Of a stretch of DNA of 64,000 nt, positions 23,544 through 36,581 are shown one piece after another. The DNA is from Rhizodiscina lignyota (taxonomy: Eukaryota): positions 1,984,001 to 2,048,000 of the forward strand of contig ML978123.1 of NCBI GenBank assembly GCA_010015805.1, given 5' to 3'. How positions within the stretch are numbered: position 1 is the stretch's first letter; each line of letters opens with the position of its first letter. Made by a program: the position numbers and the translations under genes. The notes beneath the pieces were generated by a model. The model was not told the origin of the DNA, ran no database searches, and was given only the letters and a program-made list of their open reading frames with translations.

Positions 23544-25804
23544 ATTGTAGACGGAATTTTCGGGTTTGTTAGAACGTGAGAAGTATTAAGTAGCGTCCTA
23601 TTTGGCAGGAGTCAGTTAATATTCGTGCTGCGGGAAGGGGCGTCATGCGGACAAGTGGAGGAGTTTCGGCGCGTTCTTTGTTGGGTCAGTGACGTACCGT
23701 GGTTGCGGGTATGAGTCAAAGGGCAGTGTAGAAGCTGAGCAAAAGGCGGCAGAGCGAGTGCGCGAAGCGAAGAGGAAAGGCGAGGAGAAGATGCTCGGCC
23801 TGGCGGTCGAAGCAGAGCAAAGGATTAGGTGTACAGTTGGAGAAGCGGATTAATCGTCACTGGTGCTGGGCAGCGGCGATTAGGGAGGCTCGGACAAAGG
23901 CACGCGGGCAGATGCTTCGAGCACGGCGGGCGCGGATTGCTTCAGAGGCGAGAGGATGGGGTCCTGGCTGGTTGTGTTGCTGTTCTGGTGCACATTCGTT
24001 GTTGTTGATTGAAGTTGAGGATGGAGGAAGGCCGTTCCGGGAGATGAACACAGGCCGGGCCAAGCACTGGCACCCACTGGCTGCGTGTCAGGGAAGCGGC
24101 CACTCGTCTGCCTTGCTGGAGCGGCCAGCATGCAGCGCGCCCGCCAATCAGCGCCGATCCCCTCCCACACGTTGCGCCGCGCACAAAAGTCGCTGCGGTC
24201 ACACTCCCCGAAATGCCATCGTCGAAGCTGATTCCATTCCACTCGTCTTCGTCAGCCACAGCGAGTGTCACGTTCGCACATCACTCGCGCTCACGCCCTC
24301 CGCACGCGCCATCGCGCTGCTTTGCAATCCGCTCATGACGAACCACTTCCATTTGCGCCGTGCTCGATGCGGACGCCTGTCAATATTCCCTTATCTCGTA
24401 ATTTTACGGACTACCACCCTTTTCCTCCTCGCACCAACGAGCACCAAGAGTAGATCATCTCTTAGAGCGCTTCCGATTTCTCCCTTCTTCCCCCAAAGCA
24501 CCAGCTGTATCACGCCCCGCTTATCAAGCCACATCCTTCTGTCCCGTCGTGTACTGGTTGTAATACTGTCGAGTTGGCTGTGCCTATCACTGGCTATCAA
24601 TGCTGGTCGAGGTCGTGTAATACTCCCTGTAGGTTCAAGGTGACTTCCGCAGTGTCCGCACGCATAGATGCGGCACAGTTCGAACGGGAGAAAATGCTCC
24701 TTGAGACATGGTGAAATTACAAGCTTAAACACTTACTTCGGGCACAAACCCGAGGTGCATCTATGCAAGCAGTGTGTGCCTTCGCCTAACATGCTCGACA
24801 CTATAACGACTGCCGCCCACGATAGCACGCAAGCCGCTGCAGAGCGGGCAGTCTAACCTCTCTCCACACTTACCTGCACCACGGCATTCCCTGCGTTATG
24901 ACACCAATCCTACGTACCTGTCTGAAGCTCTACCCTACTCGTCGCAGCAGGAGGGGTATGGCTGACGAGGGGGCCCCCATGACGGCCATCAAGCATCGCT
25001 CACGACAACCTCGAAGGAAGGTCATGGAAGCGATGCCGATCTCGGCAACGTCTCATCATGCTCAGTCCAACTTGAATCGAGACCTAACCCTACCTCGTCG
25101 AATGCATGCCCCTCATTCCCTCAACAACATGTCGTGAGTGATATTGCCCTACCGTCGTGCGACTGGACAAGAAGTGAGGGAGCGAATCGCGAACATTTCC
25201 GTTCCTGCGTGCGGCCAAGCTGCCTTTCGCGAGATACCGAGCGAATCCACCTATCCTACGCATGTAAAATTGCCTGGGGAGGGAGGGAAGGGAAGCTGCA
25301 TCGCGACCCGGCAAATCCGTTCGAGCCACGTGCAGTCATGTCTGGACTTGCCTGCGGCAGCAATGGATGGCTGGATAGCACGCTCGGGTCTTCACCAGCC
25401 CAAATCGACGATCAGTTTTGATACACGCGTGAGTTGCTCGAAATTCTCCAGATGGGTGAAATGACCAAGCTGTTTCGATTCCGGCAGGGAGTTATGGCTG
25501 ACGCGAATTGCTCCGCAACCACGCTTGGGCGGGACAGATAGCTGAGCCCGATGAATGGTCGAAAGTGTGCCGCATGAGCTACCTTCCATTAGTGAGAGTA
25601 TCTCTGAAATCTTAGTTTGACATGCTTTACACAATATTTATCAAACATACACAGCGTCAATGAGCATAGTATTAATCAATTGAAGGACATACACCATATC
25701 AGTCCGATGTGTAGTAGCTATGGTGCAACTACTGTCCTCGTCGAGCGCCACAGCGATAACGTCTACTCGATCAGTATGATGATAGCAATAAAGCCTGAAT
25801 AGCC

Positions 25805-28209
25805 TCAGCCACCCTCCACACCAGCATTCACTCCCAAGATGTACTTGCGGAACGCCTGGCAGATGTGTCAGCACGTATTTGTACCTTACAGCGCCTCCGA
25901 CGCCCTGGACGCGGATGCGCATACGGATGAAAGCTTGGAAGTGGCGGACTGAAATCAGGAGAGTTGACAAAGAGTTGATGGTATACATACCGCTTTGAGG
26001 ACGTCCATCTGCTGCGTAGTGATGACGAAGACTTCGCGATACTGCTCGAGGCTCTGGTGTACGACGTCTGCTTTCGTCATGCGGCCTTCGCAGATGGCGC
26101 GCATGTGGTCTTCCATCTGTTCGCGGATTTCAGTTAGGCAGCTCGTAGGTAGGGAAGGGATTTGAGAATATTGAACGCACCTCTTTCCGCAAGAACGGCT
26201 TGCTCAAGCTCGTCTGGAACCTCAGGTTATCATAACCTTCAATCAACGCAACTCCAAGCGTTGTCGGGACAAATTCTCTCATCCCATTTCCGCTACCTCC
26301 TCCTCCTCCTCTTGCATTTGCACCACCTCTACCACCTCTTCCCCTCCCTCTTCCCCTACCTCTACCACCTCTAGCACCCCTTTCCTCGACTACCGTTTCG
26401 TCCGCTCCGTCTGCATCCTCATCCTCGTTGTCCGACGTAGCCTCTCTTACATGTGTTCGCGACTTTACGTATTCTCTCTGCTCAATCTTCTCAATGTGCT
26501 CCGCAATAGTCGCATCCGTGCCAATCCCATTCGCGTTCATCATCTTAATCAGCTCCTCTTCCGTCAGGTATCCAGGTGCTTTCGTCTCTCCGTCAACCAT
26601 ATTTGCCTCCGTCGGGACGAACATCTCGCCAACCTCAAATTTCGGCAACTCCTGTGATGAATTCCACCGCATATAAGGATATACGTCGAGGAAGTTGCGC
26701 TCGAGGACGATGAGTCCGGAGGTAGAGAATGTCTCACCGCCCCAGACTATGGCACATGTTGTAGACATGCCTTTTGCGTCTTCGGAGCAGCAGGCGAGGA
26801 ATCTTCGTACCACAAACTCGTAAACTCGGTTTTGTTCCCCGTCGAGCCGCGTCGGTGCCACAAAGTTTACCGGGTGAATAGGTGGATGTGCATTGTCATT
26901 CTCCCTTCCTTGCCTGGGCTGCTTGAAATTGCCGTTTAGTAGACCCTGTGCGTACGTTCCCCAGTTCTGGCTCTGCGTCTGCTTTTGCACCAGAGCGCGT
27001 AAGTCCATGGAGGCATCGAATTGATCCGTTTCTGTTCTGGGGTAAGATATCCAGCCCTCAGTGTAGAGCTTTTCCGCGACCTCCATGACCCGCTTGCTCG
27101 TCATCCTGAGAAATCTTGCACCACACGTCTGGAGCTCCACTGTCGTCAGAGGTAGTGGCTTCCACTTGCTCTTCGGCTTTGTCTCCATCTTTATCACTCT
27201 CGCAAACTTGGCGCTTAGACATCGTTCATAAAGTATGGTGACGGCCATGCGATCGAATAGCCGCTCCCTCGCCCAGTTGAACTTGCATCTCACACCGTCT
27301 TTCTCGTGAAACACCACAATCCGCCAAAAAGCCTCAGGTACAAAGCGCTTGACTCGGAAGTACCGATCGACCACAAAGCCCAGAGTTGGGAACTGACAGC
27401 TCCCATAGCTGATCACACCTTTCTCACCGACCAGGTGCTGAATCATCGGTTTCAGCTGCAAAGTCTGTAGGCGCGTAAACGCAGCACCGAGGCGGAGGTC
27501 GAGCTCGATACGTGCCGCTACTGCATCGGCCTCATGCTCATTTAGAGCGATAGGATTGCGTGCCGCCTGAACAATCAGTTGCCTCGTATAAGCGTGAAAT
27601 TTTGCGCGCTTGACTTCGATTCTAGGGTTCGAGCGGAGTGCGATATCGCGGACTTCGGCGCCAATGTGCTCGCCTTCGCGGTCACAATCGGTCCAGATGA
27701 AGAGAGCATTGCAGTAGCGAGCCTTTGTACTAATGTTTTCCGCGATTACCTTTTTGTCCTGAACTCTCGTTAGCTAGCTCTTTGCGTATTTAGCACTAAC
27801 GCCGCGCAAGAATTAAGTCCACATACCTTGGCAACAGAAGTTATGATTGGAGCCTCGAAGAGCGATTGCGGATTACATGACTGCCATGACCTGTAACGGG
27901 GATCAAAGTCATGCTCGTGGACATGGCCACGGACTGAAGTGAAGATAACTTCTGACTGTCCCCATGGGAGTCCAAAATCATACGTAAACTCGAAGTTCTT
28001 CAGCCATTGGTCACCGCGGACATTTCTCTGTTACACCCAGTAAGGAAATTGCAATCAAATAGAAAACAGTAAGAAGTTCGAAGGAGCTGTAGCGCGTTCT
28101 GTGTCCAGATACTGCGAAGAAAACTTACGCCTTGCACGTTGCCACCGAGGAATCCAGCGACAGTCCTTGCTATCGAGGGCTTCTCAGCCACGCATAGTAT
28201 TCTCCCCAT
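25805..28209 (-). CDS. TOP3: DNA topoisomerase III (type IA); 4 introns
   Basis: ILCVAEKPSIA, FTSVRGH, IWTDCDREGEHIG, ISYGSCQFPTLGFVV, catalytic GWISYPRTET and GIGTDAT. The last exon is AFRKYILGVNAGVEGG*. Confidence 0.96.
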
Positions 28210-28283
28210 TTGTGATCCATGGTCCGAGCAGAGCTGCACTGAAGACCGGATAGTCGAAGAGCCGGAGTAGTTTAAAGTGAGGA

Positions 28284-28352
28284 ACGCGTGTTGAACGCGT
28301 CGTTAGACGCGCGCCACTCGGTTACTGCCGAGATCTCAGACCCCTAACCTTA
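28284..28352. promoter_or_regulatory. Cluster of MluI cell-cycle box (ACGCGT/CGCG) elements in the TOP3-DUF1295 divergent promoter
   Basis: ACGCGT at 28284 and 28295, ACGCGCG at 28307 and TTCGCGCGT at ~28357, 75-150 nt upstream of the TOP3 ATG. Confidence 0.6.
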
Positions 28353-28550
28353 AACATTCGCGCGTGACGAAATCAACCCAGAAAATGCGAGGAAAGCGCT
28401 TCTAAGCGATCAAACTCCACAGCTGAACCTTGCAACTACATCTCGTCACAAGCGGCACTTTCTTCTTTCACCACCCCTCTTATTAATACATATTCCATAC
28501 ATCCACCTTCTCTGCATCTTTCACCGTCTGTTCTCCTCAATTGGCACACG

Positions 28551-29672
28551 ATGCTCTTCTCCCTACCCGTCGTTTCCACGCTGCAAGACTGCGCCCTCTG
28601 GACCAAGACAATAGAACCATTCTGGCCGCAGCTCTACAGTCTACCCAAGCAGCTGATCGCAGTACGATCTGTCGACGACCTCCAAAATGTTTACCTCTCA
28701 AATAACCCTTTCATGACCGCCTTCGTCTTCGCCCTCGTCATTGGCGTCATCACTCTTGTTGCGGCCGAGATAAATCGGAACTACTCGCAAGTGGATCGAC
28801 TGTGGAGCATCCTCCCCACTATATACAATGCGCATTACTGTTATTGGGCGCATCTAGAAGGGCTGCCAACGCTGAAACTCGACCTGGTTCTCTTGGTCAG
28901 CACGTTGTGGAGCATTAGACTCTCGTACAACTATTGGAGAAAAGGAGGCTACAACATTGGCGTCGAGGACTACCGCTGGCCGATTCTGAGGAAACAGATG
29001 GGTCCTTACTTATTTACGATCCTCAATTGGACATTCATCTCATTTGGACAGAGCGTACGGTGCCGCTTTCCATGCTTACCTTCATAGCTAACTCTACATT
29101 AGATCCTTCTTATGCTTATCACAGCCCCTACCTATATCCTCCTCTGCACATCCCGCATCACAAGCCCATCGACGTCTCTTCAACTCGACACCTATGACCT
29201 CATCTTTCCAGCGACCTGGGCCTTCCTCCTCGCCATCGAGACACTGTCGGACCAGCAACAGTGGCGGTACCACAAGGCGAAGCACGCGTACGAAAAGACT
29301 GCCAAGATCCCCAGCGAGTATAAGAACTCGTTCTCCAGCGAGGATCTCGACAGAGGCTTCCTCACTTCCGGCTTGTTCGCATATGCCCGCCACCCCAACT
29401 ATGCCGCCGAAATGGGCGTTTGGCTGACGTTGTACGTTTGGGGTTGCTACACAAGCCAGACACGTTGGAACTGGACAGTCGGCGCCGCGTTGGCGTATGT
29501 GTTCATCTTCTTGAGCAGCACGCCCCTTACTGAGGGAATCAGTACGGGAAAATATGACGAATACACGATCTATCAGAGTGGCGTCGGAAGATTTGTCCCT
29601 GATGTCATCAAGGTGGCTAGAGGCGGGTTTAAGGGTGCACAAGAGAGAGCCAGCGGGAAGAAGACGAAATAA
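28551..29672 (+). CDS. DUF1295 / steroid 5-alpha-reductase-like membrane protein; intron 29056-29102
   Basis: NYSQVDRLWSILP, RLSYNYWRKGGY..EDYRW, DQQQW, GFLTSGLFAYARHPNYAAE and STPLTEGISTGKY; C-terminal KKTK. Confidence 0.9.
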
Positions 29673-29853
29673 GCATTGGAAAGACGTGGAGGGAACACGG
29701 TTGGAGAGGGAGATCATTGGCACTTAGCGTTTGGCAAAGGTGCATTTCACGGGCGGCACTATCCTGCATATACGGCGTTTTAATGCAATTAATTTCTTGG
29801 GTATTTTTGGAATCTGTCTATATTGACGCCACATTTATATTTCATGGCGCAAT

Positions 29854-31230
29854 TTATGAATCTTTCTTCCCTTTTGCCTTGGCCTTCTTGTCCTTCTCTC
29901 TCTTTCCAATGTACGCCTCACTTCCAATACCGCCGAACACTAGCCCAACGCCAAGATATTGCATTGGCGTGAGCGTGTGTCCGAACCAGATTACTGAAAG
30001 CAGCATCGTGAGCATCTTTCGCGTCACTGTTACCGTGACGAGCACCAGAGATGAGAAGTTGCTGACTACGTAAACTGCATAGGACTGTCAGCTCCAGTTT
30101 TGCTTATGGATGAATGGGACGAGCGGATCACTTACATATGAAGACTTGGCCCACAGCTCCACAGAATCCAAATGCAACTACATCATATCCCACGCTAGGG
30201 TACTTGGTAACGAAATCTAGAGCCTCTCTCAACTCGTCCCCTTTGCCCATCCCCAAAAACGCACCAACTGGCGTCTGTGCCACGTAAGGGGACAAAACTA
30301 AATACAACGATGTGAGAAAGGAGCTGGTCAGGTTCATCGCACACATCATCTGCGGCGCGCTAAACGGCTTGAACGTCTGGAAAATGTAATCCTGGGTGCT
30401 GTTCATCAGCCCATCGAACAGCAGATTGATCCCGAGCAGCAGCAAGCCCCACGTCACGTTCCTCTCCTCGCTGCTCTTGCTCGCGTGCTTCGACGCCTTG
30501 TTCGCCGTCGCCGGGTGGTGCAGCGTGAAGACGGCGACGCCGAGCGTGACGAGGAAGACGACGATGTACTTGTACAGCGGGTAGCGCCGGCGGAACACGG
30601 TCGTCTGCAGGAACATGACGGGCAGCAGCTTGCAGCTCTTCGCGAGGATGAAGGTGACATAGTCGATGTGCGCGAGGCTGGCGTAGCCGAAGGGGCTGGA
30701 TAGGGCGGAGGTGAAGGCGACAAGTAGGAGCGGGTACACGATCGCGCGGCTGGGGAAGATGGGCAGTGGGCGCCCGGGCTTGTGCGGGTGCTTGGTGGAT
30801 ACGGTGAGGTATATGAAGCCGGTGAATGCGGCGAGGAGGGACTGCACGGTGTTGAGGAAGACGGGGTACTTGAAGCGCTCGGGGGAGGAGGGAGTGCCGT
30901 AGGTGGTGGTTGTGATGCGCTCTTGCAGGAAGCCCCAGGTCAAGCTGTTTTCGAGTCAGCACACGGTCTATCATGTATCGCGAATGAAAGGGCAATCGGG
31001 GGAAAGGCATACAATGCACCGTAGATTCCACATATGGAGATGAACATCTCCAGCGTGCCTGGCTGGTTGGCAATCTCCACTGCTCTGGCGCCGATTTCTG
31101 TGGACTCGACCGCATGTTTGACTTCCTCGAGCTTCTCGCTCACATAGCCATTCTGGTGGACGACGCCATTGGAATGGCTGTGTATATCGGACGGTTCTCG
31201 TCTCATGACGGGTGATTTTGTCCGCCCCAT
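29854..31230 (-). CDS. HUT1: UDP-galactose transporter homolog (SLC35B1 family); 2 introns
   Basis: GIYG..LTWGFLQERI, SSPFGYASLAHIDY.TFILAKSCKLLPVM, NLLFDGLMNSTQD and VTVTRKMLTMLLSV; ER-retrieval KKDS end. Confidence 0.94.
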
Positions 31231-32523
31231 TGTTGGATTTGGATAGTTGTGAAAGGAGCGACTTGAGAGCGGTTCAATGGATCAGAAACAAAAAGGTTGG
31301 CGAATGCATGAGAAAGGAGTATGGGCCGCGGAAAGGCAAGTTGTATAGTTAGGCTCCGTGGCCTCGAGAGACGGGACGTATTACGTTATCTCCGAATGCG
31401 ATGATGAAAGGTGTTGTGAAGTCGTACCTTGGGGCCATTCCACAAATAGAACGCTAGAAACGCCACACGCGGAGACCCTGAATTCCTTAGCCGCATCGAC
31501 ATCGACTGGCGAACCCTGGATCTGCAGCTCTGTCACCGTATGCCGAGCAACCAGTTCCATCACGCATATCTGCAGTTCGCCTATGAACGAGCACCTGTGA
31601 ACGAGCAGTTTTCGTACTGCAAAACGCACAGAACATGCTTGAGCGGAAATCGCGTAGACGCAAAATTGTATTTTAGGAGCGATGTCATCTCAAATCAGGA
31701 TGCAGGAGTTTTTCTTTTTGGAATGGCTTTGAATTGCTTCTCCATCCATTCTTCACCAACGCTTCACGACTAATGATCTAGATACACGAAATATCCTATA
31801 ATCGCTGCTAAGCCAATCCTTCAAGCTCTGGATAGCGGCTTCGAGCCTCTCTCCTTCAAAGTCGTACAGAGAGGGAAGGGTAGCGAGAAAACAGTTGGTT
31901 GAAGGAGAAGAAGACGGAGAATTATCAGGTAAAAAGGTGAGGTTGATATCGGAAGGAGGCCAAATTGAGGTGTATGAGAGATGGTTCACTGGTTCGTAAA
32001 GAAGGTGTGGCAAGGTGCAAGCAGAACAGGTCGGGCGAAGGTCGATTCCAGGGGAAGGAAAAGCCAACACTAGTTCGAGTTTCGTCAATGCAAGAAATAC
32101 AGTGCCATCGGTCGCGATGGACACTGCAATTGCAAGATTAGGACGAAGAAGCCAGATTGCTGCACAGGTTGGGCCATCCCTCACATTGGCCGGGAAGCCA
32201 ACCATGCGCGGATATCAAAGGCGTGACTCATGAATCGTTAATTCGCTAAAATTTTGCAATGACTGAGCTGAGATGAGCGGTCGAAGAAGGGGCGTCGTAA
32301 AAGACGACTTCAAAGCCGGTTGGAAGGGCATAAGGATTGGCGATTCGGACATATGAAGGCGTTTTGAAGTTATGAGTTTTAGGTGTTCAAGGTAAGTCGA
32401 AGGGAGAAGGGTCGGGTCCAGAGAGGCACTATGCCTACATTTGGGCAACATAGGTCGCCTCGTGCGTGGTTCAGTAAACATCCATCGTCGGAGGTGTAGA
32501 GGGCAGGGGCTTCCATCATCCGA

Positions 32524-33687
32524 CTACTCCTGAGGCGCCTGGCTTCTGCGCATCTTCTCAGCCTCGAGATTCTCGTAGAGCAAGTACAGCGCCTTCTCAT
32601 TGCTGGCAGCGCTGCCCGTGATGGTGAACATTCTCTCGCCAGATTCGTCGTGCGGTGCCTTTGCGATCGAGATGCGCGCTCCAGAGCTCTTTCTGATTTC
32701 GCTAATCTTACTGCCACCTCTGCCAATGATGCAGCCAACCATGTCGGATGGAATGCTAATGTTCTGAGTCTGAATCTCCTCGCCATCCTCAGTCGTCGTA
32801 GGTGGAGGAGGTCTGCTCGCAGCATCTGATGTAGAACGGCGGGGGTATGGAGCGGGCGCGTCACTGAAATCTGCTCCGTGTCCAGTCCTGTTATAGGACC
32901 TTCCCATGCTAAGACCAGCGCCGCCGCCGCCATTGCTTAGCGGACCAGCACCAGTTTGAACTCTGACTGCAGGATTATATAGAACGGTGCCGTAGCCGCG
33001 TTCGCTGTCATCAATCAGACATTTTCCAATCTCCCAAACGGCCTTCTCGATGCCTTCGGGGGTTCCTTGAACTTCGACGATGCGCTCTGTCGATTGCGGG
33101 AGCATCTCCTTCTGCGCAACCATTCGAACGCCCGAGACGTCCTGGATTTGCTTAATCTTAAGGCCCTGGCGCCCAATAATGGTGCCCATTTGGTTGTGAG
33201 ATATCAGCAGTCGCACGGCTACGTAGAATCCCTGTCAGCGAAATGCACACGCGTCCCCATGCAAGGAGCGTAACGTACGATGCGTTCCATTTGTGTTGAT
33301 GAGTCCACCCATGCCCATAGCGGGCGCGCCATCGAGAAGGCCCTTGGCCACGATCTGATATGCCTTGGCAATACCAGTCAATGCACCGTTTACTGTGAGC
33401 ACCCGGTCATGCACGCCAGGCACGACCTTGCTGACACCAGCGCGTACCCCGGTCTCATCTCGCAAGTCAGCGACATTTTTTCCAGCTTTGCCAATAATGA
33501 CACCAGCCTCTTTGGAAGAGACAATGGCACGTAGTGTGAGCTGCGACTGAGCATATTCTTCTTCAGTTCGCGGGATTGGTTCTCCGTCAGGTCCAAGACG
33601 CGCCTCGTTTGAGCTCATTCGGTTGAATGATTGAGTGAGGTTGTCAATGTCCTGCGTGCCTGGGGCGGCAGTTTCTGCAGCAGACAT
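32524..33687 (-). CDS. Triple KH-domain RNA-binding protein (Hek2/Pbp2/Rnc1, hnRNP K/PCBP-like); coding intron ~33220-33279; 5'-UTR intron ~33810-33876
   Basis: Three GxxG KH loops: GVIIGKAG, GTIIGRQG and GCIIGRGG. Confidence 0.93.
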
Positions 33688-35257
33688 GATTGTGGGCTGG
33701 TGGTGTGAGCTCTCAAGGGAGGACGACGAAAGAAGCGAGAGATCAGGGCAAAGAAGCGTGTGGGAGAGAGGAAGAAGAAGCCGATCGGAGGGCTGGAGGA
33801 GGCTAACACTGTAAATACGTAAATCAGCGTACGCTCTTTGCAGGTGAAGGCGCGCAGGCGGAATATAAAGAACATACCTCGCTCGTCTCAAAACGGAAGT
33901 GGCGGCTTTGAAGTGGGGTGTGCGTGTTTTTCTTGGAAGAGCAGGGTAGGTACAAGCAGCAGCAGCAGCTCGGGAAGGAGGGAGGGCAGCGCGGGAGAGG
34001 AGAGGAGAGGAATGGAGAGCGGGAGGAGCGGAAATGGCGAGTGGAGGGCGAAAGGCGAGTGAAGGCTCGAGATGACAGGCGTGGTTGGGAGAAGTTAACG
34101 TGATGGCGGGGAATATTTTTTGAGGGCGAGAGAAGAGAGCTTCCGCAGTGGGCGAAAGCAGGGCTTTCACCTTGCCAATGAGTCGCAATCGCCGATGCAG
34201 GCTCTTTCACTCCACCGTGACCGTCGCCGTCCCCGTTAGAGTTCTCACGCTGCATCCCCGCGCTGCATCTGCATGTTGATGCGTCCTGTTTGGCCGCGCG
34301 TGAGCCTATAGCGGCACTTGCGTGGCAACGAAGCCGGCCATTGGTCCCATTTTCTCTGCCAGCCTCACCTATCACCACATCCGTCGCTAACATTCTTGCC
34401 CCCTTACTTGTACCGGCCTAGTCACCGGTAACCGCGAATATTGTCCGAGATCACAGGCGAAAAATCTTATAAGATGGCCTTCTCAGCAAGAGCAATTGCT
34501 CCCCTGCTTGCTTCCTGTTGCTCCTGTCGCTAGTGAAGAGAAGTGGAGGATGGAGCACTCTGCATCTACCAAACGCTGGCCTCGCTGCAAAAAGATCTGA
34601 GACCTGGAGAATATCGGAAAATGGAATCTGCTCCGGTCGCCCTCTCGAGTCATAAACCTTGCTTCCTCGTACCTTATGGGAACGTGGGATGATGTTTAAG
34701 ACATACATAGGTAGCTAATCCCACGAGTTCAGACGTTGTTCGATTTCCAGAGCAGACTGAGCCAATCGAGCAGTGGATTCCACTCGTTGTACCGTTGCCG
34801 ACTGACGCGTTTACGGCGTCGAGCACTCTGCGCACCTGGTCTGGGCGCTGGATGTCTTTGCACTCGGGGCCACTCGAGCACTTTATCGACGAGGCAGCAG
34901 ATCATACATTGACGACACCAACACTTCTCCCCGGATGGTAGTCTCAATTGGTTGGATTACTGGTGACTGATGCATTCGCTGCGTACAGCACTCTGTCCGG
35001 TGAGGCTGCTCTTTGGCTGTGTTTGGCGCTTGGATCATCTGGGGCAACTCCGTGGGGAAGCTCTCCGCTTCCTTCGAGCATAGCAGCGCGTTTCCCAATG
35101 ACGTTGGCTGCAGCTAAATTGAACTGATGACCATCGGTCTATTTTCTATGCCAATGGCTTTAAAGACGGCACGGCACGCTAAATATTACGCGATTTCCAG
35201 GCTTAAGCCCCATATTCGAAACTTGAATGGATTATGAGATTCGGCATTTTCATGCTC

Positions 35258-36581
35258 TCAGTTCTCGGCCTCGAAAATCACTTTCTGCGCCTTCCCGTGG
35301 TCGAAAATTTCATATCCCTCCATCGCCTCGGACAATGGCATGATCTTATCAGCCATGAATCTACCTTTTGTCAATATAAATCTAGCAACACGAGGGCACT
35401 CGCACTCACCCCAATTTATGCTGATTCTTCTCCAACTTCTCAAACGCCTCATTAAAGATCGACCCCACAGGACACCTGCCGGTCTGGATCTTCAAATTCT
35501 TGTCGTATGCCTCACGACCCGTCCACGGGACCTGTTGATTCGTCAGCTCGTCTATTTGCTAAAACTTCATTGCCTCTGTGTTCTTCATATATCCACTCAC
35601 CTCCGCATTATGAAGACCCACACTACTAATAATCCCCCAAGGCCTCAAGATGTCAAAGCTCGTCCGCAACGCCGAACTCAACCCAACCACTTCAATTACA
35701 ACATCAGCACCTCTTCCATTCGTATACTCCCTCACTTTCTTATCCAAATCCCCGATCTGTGTATGGTGATTGAACCCCTCAGCACCCAGCCCCTCTGCTA
35801 GCTTAAGCCTGCTTTCCGTACCATCCACAGCAAGCAAGTGCTTCGGCGCGTATTCGGCCGCATTGAGCACTGCGCACAAGCCGACGGGCCCGCACCCGAT
35901 GACCACGACCGTCGAGTCTTTGATTTCCTCCTCGGTTAGATGGGAGAGGGCATTCGACGCTGCAAAGTATCCGGTCGGGAAGATGTCGGCCATCAACACA
36001 AGGTATTTGGGGTCAATCCCAGGGGGCGCTCTCCTCACGCTCGTGTCGGCTAGAGGAGCTCGCACGTACTCGGCCTGTCCACCGTCGAGAGCCGGGGAGC
36101 CGAAGAGCTGTGATTTCTCACAGCGAGAAGAGAAGCCTCGTTTGCAATAGAAGCACTCGCCACTGAGAACACAGAGTTAGTCTATCAGAATCTGAAGACG
36201 TGTACACACTCTGCCATGAGATGTCTATGAGGGCCTACCAAGATGTTGTGAAAGCCGCCACTACGATATCCCCTTTCTTCACGGTCCTCACGGCATCTCC
36301 GACCTCTGTGACCGCACCAGTCCACTCGTGGCCCATGATGAACCCAGGGGCGCTCTTTTGGTGGCCGCGAAATACATGCAGCTCGCTGATCACCGCAGCA
36401 GTTAGCTGGTGCTTCTGTCATAGCCTTGCACTTGGGATACCACTAACCTCCCGCATAATGCTGTGTATCCGACTTTTACGATAATGTCTGTTGGCTCTTG
36501 AATCTTCGGAATTGGTCGTTGTTGAATCTCCACTTGATGGGGACCGAGGAACACGGCTGCTTGCATTGTGTCTTTGGCCAT
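35258..36581 (-). CDS. Zinc-dependent medium-chain alcohol dehydrogenase (FDH-like MDR); 4 introns
   Basis: Spliced TALCG|SELHVFRG, MGHEWTG, structural-Zn C..GEC(F)YCKRGFSSRC, MADIFPTGY, NAD-binding GCGPVG and IQFGRCPVRS. Confidence 0.92.

Noticed and set aside
23837..24643. 268-aa ORF upstream of STB3
   Set aside because: TTG start, no recognisable domain, and composition typical of translated promoter DNA.
33688..34188. N-terminal extension of the KH protein suggested by the 317-aa ORF
   Set aside because: It is a C/T-rich 5' UTR containing a GTATGT..GCTGAT..CAG intron; the likely start is ATG 33687.
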